From: Proteromonas lacertae
Taxonomy: Eukaryota
Assembly (NCBI GenBank): GCA_002245135.1
Contig: NGBS01000003.1
Coordinates: 62,001-126,000, forward strand
Direction of reading: 5' to 3'
Length of the DNA: 64,000 nt
In this document: positions 52,401 to 63,520 of the stretch, piece by piece
Numbering within the stretch: position 1 is the first letter of the stretch
Layout: the number at the start of each line of letters is the position of its first letter
Notes under the pieces: model-generated
The model's database searches: none
What the model was told of the DNA's origin: nothing
The model's input: only the letters and a program-made list of their open reading frames with translations
Translations under genes and position numbers: made by a program

Positions 52401-55400
52401 TTGAGGTTGATAAATAGATGAATTCTTATTGGTTGAATAGTTATTTCCTTTATTATGATTTGTATTGGCTAATTCATCAGCTGAACCTAATGGTAAAAAT
52501 GTAACATCATGTTTTTCATGATAACCTGTTGCTAATTGTTCAACCAATGAAAACACAGTATTCTTACACTCTTGAAATACTTCATGACCAGAATTTAGCC
52601 AAACAATACAAGTTCTTTGTTTTCCATTAATACATTGATTGATTGTCTTTACTTCATTTCCTCTTCTTTCTACCAATTGATCTACTTGATTTGGTAGAAC
52701 GAATGAATCACTGTTACTTTGTATTACTATCACTGGAATACTCAAACTACTTAAATTATCAAGCTGATTGCTTGATGCTAAAATACCTTCACATAAACTA
52801 ACTCTAGCTTTTATTGAAATTGGATTATGAACAGCAGTGTAAATATTCAAAGCTAATGGAGCAGATACTTTCTTTAAATAATCATTCGAAAATAAGAATC
52901 TTGAAAAGAAGTAGATTGGTAAATCAGGTCTAGATTCAGGTGAACATTTAAATACATTTAATGAATCATGTAATATACTGGTAATATTTTCGTCAATTAC
53001 ATAAATAGAGTTTAATAATAGCAATCCTCTGATAGATGGAATTGGATGTAATTGTGCTAAAGTTGCTGCTATATTACCACCATAACCAAAACCTAATATA
53101 TAAAATGGCGATTTGGTTGTTATAAATTCACAAGTACCACTTATATCAACTGAACATATTAACTTGTATATACATTCAGATAGATATTTATTATTCAATA
53201 TTGCATCTTTATTGAATTTAGTATATCCTTGACCTGGGTAATTAAATAATAAGAATTGTAAGCCAGGATATTTCACTACCAATGGTTTAAAAAAGATTTC
53301 CATTCTTTCATAAGTATCAAAAACATCATTTATTACTACAAAATGGAATAATGGACTGTTTTCTTCTCTATGGCCTAATACACAATAAGGAATGGATGTA
53401 TATTCATCAATTTTAAATAAGCTGTAAATACAATCATCCTGTTGTCTTTTATCTCCTAATAAATTCTTCAAAGTTTTGGAGAGATGAGGATCTGGTCGAC
53501 TTTGATGTGTTCTAATACCAGTTGTGGCTATTTCATCAGATGAATAATTCTTAGACATATTCTGTGGTGCAGTCATTTGCATATATCTCTGTTTAACCGT
53601 TGGAATCTTTGTTAAATCAGGTTTACCAGGTTTACCTCCACTTGTACTACAAACTCTATCGTTTTCTTCTAATTCCAATTTCTTTTTATGATCAGGGATA
53701 GCTGCTTTTACTGTTGATAATATTGAGTTTCTATTGATTGGTTTGGATATACATCCATCAATACCAATATCAATATATTCATCAATATTCTTTTGACTTG
53801 TTTCATCTGTAACTATTATTATACTCACTCTTTTGATTGGATTTCTACTGGTTGAATTTGATTCTTTTTCTCGAATAATTCTACTCAATTCCATACATCC
53901 TAATGTGGGTAATTCTTTTTCACATATTATCAAATCAAATGGAGTTTTTCTATGGCTTATTAATGCTTGTGGACCATCAGTGACGACGTTTATATAATAA
54001 TCTTCACTTTCTATTATATTCCTAATGGCTTGAACCATAGACTTGTCATTTTCTACCAACAATACACTGCCTTGGTATAATAATACTTCATCATTTTCAA
54101 TTATATATCTTTGATTCTTATTGACTGGTCTAATTGCTACTGGTAATTTCTTTTTATCTCCTTTTAAATAACTATCCATATCATTATAATTACCAATTGG
54201 TTCAGTTTCAAATTTCTTTAAATCATTCAGATTCTGTGATGTTCTGATTATATCTTCATCACTCATATTATTATTATTTCTTTGGTTTATATCAGGTAAT
54301 TTTGTTGTTGTAGTTGTACTAGCGGTTTTAGCTCTTTCTATTGGCGAAGTTGGAACTTGTTGTTGTTGTTGTTGTTGTTGAATTCCCATTGGAGTTGTTG
54401 GTGCAGATTGTGGAGGAGGTGTAACAGTTGAATTCATTGATCTTAATGTCATATCACCTTCATTTACATTATTATTATTACCACTTATTGAACTTGGATT
54501 AAATAAATCATCTCTTGCACATAAATCATCTTCATTTTCTTGTTCTAATTTTGTCTTCTTATCCTTTCTAATTCCAGCTAATAATTCTCTAGCTTTATCT
54601 AAGGTTGAATATACTTTAAAGCATCTTGCACATACAATAATTGGTCGATAATAATTAGCAGCGCCTCCTTCAATTTCACCTAGTTTTTTGTTATATTCTT
54701 TTTTAATAGATCTACTTTCAGTATCATCCATATAACTTCTACTTCGTATTGGAGAAGGTGGACGATGAACTAATCTCCCTTCTTTTCTTGCTAATGCAAC
54801 AGATCGATAAGTTAAATTATAAAATTCATCTGTTGTTATTCCAGTATTTACTGCAGTATCTAAAGAGTTTAATTTTCCTTTCAATTCTTCAAATTCTTCA
54901 GCAGTCAATAGTTCACGTGCTATTTCTAATGGATTGTTGGTTATTGGAGTTAAACTGATTGGATCTTGACATTCAAAATCACAAAAATCACCACAACATG
55001 TCTGTAAAGATGGAACAGTCTTCTTCTTCCTCTTTCCATTGGTTTTTTCTTTATTTTCTTCGTTCTTTTGTACTCTAAATAGATCTTTGGTTACTGTATT
55101 TTGATTATTATTATTATTATTTGTTCTAGATAATGTATCTAAAGCTGTAGTTGATTTTGATTTTGTGTCTAATTTTCTACCTTCAATTCTACTAGTTGAA
55201 TGTAACATAGTTTCTTGTAATGCAGTTGGATCTGCTTCTAAATTCAAATGGTAATTTAAAGGATGATAATTGGGTGCTCTTGGTGTCTTAGAAACCGTTA
55301 CATGATGAACCGCAGCTAATCTCAGATCAGATCCTGGATTTCCTTTTAATATTTGACATTTGTATATCCAAGTTAACCATATATTGTCACTATCATCTAA

Positions 55401-56037
55401 TAAATATTCACAAATCATTCCTACTATTCTACAGTGACTATTGGTCTCTATAAATGTTACTATTCTTTTAGTTGTTTCATCTAACTTGTCATTAAGACTC
55501 ATGTTCAAACTACGTTTGGTCTGACGTTCGGTTTGATCTTCTACTAGTTCAAATTTGTTGGTTTTTAGTGTATTTGTTACTATTTTACCAAAATCATCAA
55601 CTATGAAGTATTCATTGTAATAGATTTTATTAGTGTCTGATACTGCTCCAGTATATGCTTGTAAGGCTGAAACACCATTTAGAGATATTTGATAGTTTTC
55701 AATGAAAGGACCAAAGGTATTTCTCTCTAATACCGTCACACCATCTGTTCTTCTTATTAAACAAATTGGACCTTCTGGAGATATGTGACAAAATTTATCG
55801 TTGATTGATTTGGCTGATATTTCTTTTCGTTTTATTACATCACCACTCTTGGATGTCATCAACCATTTATTAAATGTGCAATTTTTAACCATAATCTATA
55901 GAAATATATTAATACATTATAACAATAAAAATAAGAAATACAGTATCAGGAATGTCTACTTTCAGTTTTTCTTTAGCATCAGCTTGCCATATGTGATTAA
56001 ATGGCCAGTCAAATGCTTTAGCCATTGGTTTAGCCAT
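49482..56037 (-). CDS. Giant multidomain protein: pseudo-receiver + alpha/beta-hydrolase fold + 6 IQ + coiled coil + SAM + ankyrin
   Basis: VLLVEND..FDLIICE..IIIVT..GIDGCISKPI; NYPGQG..GFGYGG..GHE; six IQRxxRGxxxR; WSINDVGKWL..LHRKKIL; GNTLIHYAA / GQTALHYAV. One 5' intron joins ATG 56037. Confidence 0.9.
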
Positions 56038-56225
56038 TATTAGTTATGAAAAATCAAAAATAAATAAAACTATAACGATGAAACGACTGAATTTATTTGA
56101 ATTGTTTCAAAAAATAGAGTCAGTATTGAACATTTCATTTTTCAATTTAATTCCGTCTTTCATTCCCATTTTCTGGTTTATATTGTTTCTATGCTTTTCA
56201 TAATTCCATTGTAACATTAATACAA

Positions 56226-57504
56226 ATGAAAAGAAGCTCAAGCAGTTCTAGTTATTATCATTCAGATTTAGAAGAAGAGAGTGTTGATTCTTATGGTAAA
56301 TACATTATTCCAACACTGAAAAGTCTAGTAATTAGATCAATTACCAAATATTCTAACTATGATTACATTATTGAAACATTTAAAGAAATGAACAATCGCT
56401 GTTCAGAAGATATCATGGTAGACATGTTGCAGTCACTTATAAAAGACCATAAAGTATATTATCATATTTATATTCCCATTAGTTAACTGATCACATATTC
56501 ATCTCAATAATTGGTTTCTTTCATTACCATATATGCCTAGATAATTGTTCATACATCCGTCAACACAGTTTATTATACATTGCAAATGCTAGTAATCTCA
56601 GAACATTATCACTTCGTAATTGTATTCAAGTATCAAATGGATTAGTGAGGTTAATACTCCAACAATGTAATAATCTCCAAGTATTAGACTTAGAAGGATG
56701 TTTTAGAGTAACAGACAATGCATTTGCTACAACCAATTCGTTATTTTTCCCATTAATTGCTAGTATAAATTTAGAAAGAATTAGTTTTAAGAATTGTCCT
56801 CAAATTACAGGTGATTTTTTCAGTAGTTATATTAAGAATGGATGTAAGCTGGTTGAATTGAATATCTCTAAATGCAGAAATGTTAAAAGTGATGAAATTG
56901 CTTTATGTTTTCATGAAAGTTTGAATATGGAAGTATTAGATGTATCTTTTAGCTCAGTAAACGATATAATTTTTAATGATATATCAAACGAACAGACATT
57001 ACAAATACTTGATATAAGTCGATGTAAAATAACAGACAAATCATTAATAAAGATTGGTAAATATTTTCCACATTTAAAAGAGTTCTATTGTCATTTTAAT
57101 ACAGAAATAACTGATAAAGGAATAAAAGAAATATGTAAAAATTGTAGCAATTTAACAATCGTTGAATTATCCAATTGTACACTCCTATCTGATGAAAGTT
57201 TGAATAGTTTGAAGAGTTTGTCAAACTTAACTCGATTAGATATGTCTTATTGTGGGAATATTAGTGATATGGGTGTTGTTGAAAGTTGTGGTAGTTGGAT
57301 AAATATGAATGAAATTGTTTTAACTTTTTGTAAGAAAATTAAAGATTTAAGTGTGTCTTATTTGTTACAGAATTGTCAGTCAATTGCGCTAGTATATATA
57401 AATATATATATATATTAATTTTATAGATTGGTATTACAGGTTGTCCAGTCAGTGAGGATATGAGAAGTTATTTAATGCAGAATAATATTAAAATCAATCC
57501 ATGA
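56226..57504 (+). CDS. AMN1/FBXL-type cysteine-containing LRR protein with a BC-box-like motif
   Basis: IPTLKSLVIRSI followed by repeated LxxLxLxxCxxITD. Two introns. Confidence 0.8.
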
Positions 57505-57620
57505 ATATATATTTACATATACATACATACTTTAACAAATTTTCCTTAATAAATGAATAACTAATATTTATTATTATATAATAAAAACACTTTTTTAATC
57601 TGTTGGGGTTTGAAAACTTT

Positions 57621-57634
57621 TTTTGGCGCGAAAA
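57621..57634 (+). promoter_or_regulatory. E2F-type site upstream of DNAJC9
   Basis: TTTTGGCGCGAAAA matches TTTSSCGC on + and TTTCGCGC on -, and ends 15 nt before ATG 57650. Confidence 0.6.
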
Positions 57635-57649
57635 TTAAAAATCGATATA

Positions 57650-58502
57650 ATGTCAAAACAAATTAAGGAAGCTTTTGGAGATTTGTCATTTTATGAAGTA
57701 TTTATATGCAGTTATCATTACAACCTATTTTAGATCCTTCATGTTACAGATAAAGCATCAACATCAGAAATAAAAAAGGCATATTACAAAGAAGCATTGA
57801 AATATGTATGCATATATGAGTTGATAATTTTAATGATAATAGCATCCAGATAAAAACACAGATCCAGATGCAACAAAGAAATTTCAAGCTTTATCTATAA
57901 TTCATTCTGTTTTAAGCAATGAAACAACCAGAAAATTCTATGATAAACACCACAGTATTGAAGATGAAGATACAAGTGAAGGATTTACTACTTGGTATGA
58001 TTATTGGAATTCCTTGTTTCCTCCTGTTACAAAAGATGATATCGATAGTTTTTCTTCACATTATAAAGGAAGTGATGAAGAAAAATCAGATTTGATAAAA
58101 TCTTACAGTGATAACAAAGGTGATATGAATAGGATATTAGAAGAAGTGATTTTAGCAACAGAAGAAGATGTACCAAGATTTAAAGCAATAATAGATGAAG
58201 CAGTAAAACAGAAAGAAGTAAAATATTACAAAATATTTGAGAAAACTTGTAAAGAGAGTAAAAAACGAATAAAAAAGGCCAAACAAGAAGAAAAAGAATT
58301 AAATGAGAGTAAGAAGGAAGAAGAAAAGAGTTTAGAAGAGAGTTTGATGTTACAAATACAAAAGAGGAAGAAGAATAACATAATTACTAAATTAGCAGAA
58401 AAATATGGAGGAGAAGAGAATATTAATTCAAAAGACTATGATATTGATGATGAAGAGTTTGAAAAGACTCGAAAGAAAATCTGTAAAAGAAAAGGGAAGT
58501 AA
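57650..58502 (+). CDS. DNAJC9: DnaJ subfamily C9 (histone co-chaperone) homolog
   Basis: J domain FYEILHV..EIKKAYY..HPDK..KFQAL, then YKGSDEEKSDL..GDM and LAEKYG. Two introns. Confidence 0.88.
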
Positions 58503-58610
58503 TAATCTACTATTTTAACTTAATGTGTAATTTCTATTGTTTTAATAATTATTATAATTACACAAACATTTTAAATAATAATGGATTATATTTATTTTTA
58601 AAAAACACAT

Positions 58611-60126
58611 TTAATCATCATCTTCACTATCTTCTTCTTCTTCTTCTCCATCTTCTATTCTCTTCTTTCTAGCTTCTTCCTCTAATCTCTTTCTCTCAGC
58701 TTCTTCCTCTTCTTCTCTAATTCTCTTTTCTTCTTCCATTAATTCCTTCATTTCATTCTCTTCTTCTTCCATTAATTGTCTTTCAGCATCTTCTTTAGCT
58801 CTTTCTCTAGCTTCAGCTTCACGAATAAGTCTTGTTTCTTCTTCTTTCCTCAATCTTTCCATCTCTTCAAGTTGGAACTTTTCAAAATCACTACTTGCTC
58901 CATATGTATGTATTATTACCTTTTCACCATCTTCATTATAATACCATAATTCAGGTACACTTTCAGTGGTCCATTGTTGTTCAGTTGACCATACAATGTT
59001 GTGAATATCAGGATATTCTGTTGGAGGATCGGATGATGCCAAATCTATATACAAATAATAATAACAAATAATAAAATATACAAGATAAAATTCTAATTCT
59101 ATGGCCAGACATTAATATTAATTCATCTTTAAATTGGAAGTTACCAACATACAATGATTGTACATTCGCATCAGTTAAACCTTCATTATAAACAGTCACT
59201 ATTTCTCTACCATTATAAGTCTCAAATGTTTCCACCTTCAAATAATGAACTTCTTCAAATTCTGGTATATATAAATTAGCTACAGCTTCTGCTCTATTTA
59301 ATTCAGTTATTGGTGCACTACTTTCATGGATTTCTTCAGCATAAAAGAATTTTTTTGGACCTTTTGGATTTTCTTCATCTTCTTCATCCTCTGGTTCATC
59401 TTCATCTTCATCATCATCTTCTTCACCATTCTGTTGCTTTCGTTTTTTCTCATAAATACCTTCACTTTGATTACCATTAGGGAATGTGAATATTCCATAT
59501 CCTGTTGGACGATTATATTCAAAATTACCATTATATACTGTTCCATCACCTAATACCCATTTACCTTTTGTTAATTTACCATCTTTCCAACGACCTATTA
59601 ATTGATATTGACTATTTGGATTGTAAAATGTGCCTTTACCTTCTTTCTTATCTTCTTTCCATTCACCTGTGTAGACATCTCCATTCTTTGCATAGACATA
59701 AGTACCTTGACCTTGTTTCTTGTTTCTAAACCACATTCCACTATATGTATCGCCATTTGGATATTTCATTTCACCTTTTCCATGTTTCTTTCCTTGTTGA
59801 TATTGACCATGATAATAACCTTCTAAATCTACATCATTCTCATCATCTATAAAAATATAAAATATAATATATATGTAAATATACCGTGTGTTTTGAACGA
59901 ATACTCTCCGTATCCGTGTTTCTCACCTAATTTATTAAACATACCTTCATAAACCTCACCATTCTCATATGTTACTCGAGCTCTATACATTAAAATAATA
60001 AAATATACTTTCCTGCTCTTTTAATCCAATTCACTATTTCACAGTCTCCATCTAAATATTGCACGGTACATTGCTACAGTACAATAAAAAAATAATATAT
60101 ACGGACTCTTCTTCATCATCATCCAT
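58611..60126 (-). CDS. MORN-repeat (RSPH1-like) protein with a lamin-tail-like domain and acidic coiled tail
   Basis: Repeats YxGxWxxxKKxGxGxY, an acidic linker, then an LTD-like segment. Four short introns. Confidence 0.82.
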
Positions 60127-60355
60127 GGCTTAAAAACAAATAAAATAAAAACGATTTAAAAAACGTTACTTTTTGAAACTGGTTTATAAAAAAATATTTT
60201 TCGGCATTCCCAATTTTTTTTATTTTTCATTTATTAATGCATATATCGGTATTTTTAACTCTTTATTCTGCTATTTCTAATATGTGGAACGAATGCATGT
60301 TTTTACAATAAACTATATATTCAGCATATCATAATCACAATTAAAGTATAATAAA

Positions 60356-62087
60356 TCATTCTATCTCCAAGAATTCTTTTGACAATTCTTTCTTTCCTTC
60401 TTCTGATATTCCATCTATTTTGATTTTTCTATTTGATGTAAATGTTTGCAAAAAAGAGTCTAATTCTGTCTTATCTATATTGTGCTTCACTGTTATTGAT
60501 AATTCTTCTAAACAATCAAATACTTCTTTGTTGTCATTCATTAATCTCAACTCATTCTCATCTAATACATTTCCTGATAGATTTAATTCCTCCAATGTTT
60601 TACAATCTTTTAATCTTTCAATTAAAGTCTTTAATCCTTTTTCACTCATTCCTATATCTATTTAATTTATAAATTAACAAAAATACTAAAAAGATTTAAT
60701 GATATTGGATAATATTCTCTAACAAATTTATCTAAATACTTACATATTATCTTTAATCCTTCATCTCCAATTGGATTATTAAATATTAATATGTGTTTAT
60801 ATATATATTGTGGTATAGAATCTGTCAATTCTTTTAACCCTTTTGAAGTAATTTTGTTATTGGATAAATCAAGTTCAACACCCTTTATCTGCTTAATTAA
60901 TGCAATGTGAGAATCATTTATGTTTAAATCTATTTTGTTATAGACATATGATGAGATACGAGAAAAATCAAAACCTCTTCTTTTCTTTTTAATACAATAA
61001 TTCAAATAATACTTCAATTCTTCATTTGTCCATGATGAATTTTTCATCTGAATAAATGGATATTCTTCCTTTTCTAATGATTTTGAACATATTGATTTTA
61101 ATCCATTCATTCCGAATTTATTGCTATTCAGATTTATTCTTTCATATTCGTTAATTGAATCTATTTTATCTGATAACAATATTGCACTTTCATCATCAAT
61201 TGAAATATTACTTAAATCCATTTCACATTTTAACAAATCCATAATATTTAACACAAATTTAAATCCATTATTACCTATTGGATTATCTATTAAACAAATA
61301 TATATGAAGTACAATAAATAATACTATTAATATTTAATTCTTTAATAATATCATTCTCTTTCATATAATTCATCAAATACTCAATTCCAACTGAATCAAT
61401 GTTATTGTTACTTATATCAACCTCTATCTTTTCATAATCATCAATATCTTCTTCTTCTTTTTCTTCTTCTACTACTTCTCATACAATATACATCCCATAA
61501 ACCAAATATAATTATCATTTACATTTGTTTCTATACACATCAACTGTCTTGTATTCATGAAACATACATCACTTATTTTTAAATCTACTTCTTTTCTTAA
61601 ATTATTCAAATATAAATCACAAACTCTCATTTTCTTGTACTTTATGTCATATATCACATTACTACTCTTCAAATTATCAACAACTATGCTATATTCACTT
61701 AATATCATCAGTATATCACACATATCATACATCACTTCAACAACACTATCTTTTGAAAAATATTTGCTTTGAATCAGCTCTTCTAAATCACTTAAGTAAT
61801 ATTTTCGTTCCAGTATCATATATTCACCTTCATCATTCATCTGGTTTATCTCAAAAGGACAAAGAAAGGGTAAATCACAATCTAATATAAATGAATTATC
61901 TTCAAGAAAGTTTACTACCTTCTTTTCTTTAATTTCATGTGCATTAATTATTTTAACCACTTTAGTTTCACTTTCAAGTTTAATTTTCAAATCTACTTCT
62001 CTATTACTCCTATCAACTCTCTCAAAAATCTATAACCATTAATATATATACTTCATATTTTGATAAGATCTTATCAATATCATTCAT
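60356..62087 (-). pseudogene. Pseudokinase-LRR copy 3, internally deleted and frameshifted
   Basis: The kinase stops at IWFMGCILYEK* (61472). A different frame resumes directly in the mid-LRR (VDISNNNIDSVGIEYLMNYM), homologous to copy 1 at about 35860. Confidence 0.7.
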
Positions 62088-62229
62088 TTTTAAGATTTTA
62101 AGGGGATGTTCCAAAATTTTCTTTCAAATCAAAATACCCACATAATTTAAATTTCATTTTTTTATTTATTTAACTTCATATAATAAACAAAAAATATATT
62201 ATTTACATAATTAAATAACATTCAACTAA

Positions 62230-62359
62230 TTAGTACAAGTATTTACCATTATTCATATTATTGTTATTACCATTACTCAAATTTATTACTAACACCGATA
62301 TATTATCATTACTCCCTCGAACTAATGCTTCTGTAGCTAATAATCTAGCAGCATTCTCA

Positions 62360-62393
<34 letters not shown>

Positions 62394-63387
62394 ATTCTTC
62401 ATTTACTATCTCAATTGCTTCATTATCATTAATCACATCCCACAAGCCATCACTTGCTATTATTGCATATTTATAACTATCTTTTCTTTCTAATATAGAG
62501 ATATAAGGGATTGAACTCATATATTCTTTATATTTATAATCTCCAATTGATCGACTTATATCTAATTTTCCATTTAATCGATAATCATTATTTCTATTGC
62601 TATTCTTTTTAATTATTATACCTCCTTTTGATTCTATTAATTTCATCTCATTTTTATTGGACACTTTGTGATCTATTGTTAAACGAATTCCATTCATTTC
62701 ATTATTACAACATAATATACTTCGACTATCACCAACATTTGCAGTGATAATGTTCTTTTCATTTCGAATTAATATTGTTGCTGTTGAGCCACTGAAATCA
62801 CCGATACTGTTGGCTATTTCTTCAAATCTTTCATCTGCAGTTAGAAAGGCTTCTTCTAGTACTGATGTGATATTTTCATTCTTTTTTATTAATATTGAAG
62901 AGATTGTCTATATTTAATTTTTAATATTAAAATATATATATACTTTGTGTAGTGTTGAAGCTAAATACATAGCTGCTCCATTTCCATAATGGCCATCGTA
63001 TATTCCAAATATATCATATTCGAGAGATTGGTCTTTTAATTCCATTTTTGTGGCGATTTCTACATCTTCCATTGAACTTCTTCGACCTTTTAAACCACAA
63101 CTTCCAAATTCTAGCATATTCTTTTTTAAAAGAGATGAAGATGATTCACAAGGAGGAAGAATTGTTTCATCGAAATAACAAGAACTTCTGTTTAAATTGT
63201 GTCTCCTACTGGTCATATGAGTCATACAGTGATTCCACAGAGAAAAAGTTCGGCCACATTTAGGACAAGTATATATTTCTCCTTCTGTTAAATCTCTTCT
63301 TTCAAATTGATCATGATCACTACAACTATACACATGTACGAATAATATGGCCAGTAGAATTATCAAAAAGGAAATATTTCTGTTCAT
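62230..63387 (-). CDS. PP2C/PPM phosphatase with an N-terminal signal peptide and C2H2 zinc finger
   Basis: GRRSSMED, IYDGH, GSTA, ANVGDSR, LDISRSIGD, IASDGLWD, GSNDNISV. Finger CPKC..H.TSRRH. Confidence 0.9.
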
Positions 63388-63520
63388 TGATGATGCAAGG
63401 CTATTTTAGAAAAAACAAAATGAATTTTCTTTCAAGCCAAGCAAATTTTGGCTGTTTTTCTTTTTCTCATTTTCTGTCTTATAATATACAGTATTCGTTT
63501 TATAAACACAACATTCGAAA

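Noticed and set aside
53720..54070. Bacterial two-component system or contamination
   Set aside because: The receiver is embedded in an intron-containing eukaryotic IQ/SAM/ankyrin protein, and no histidine kinase is present in the window.
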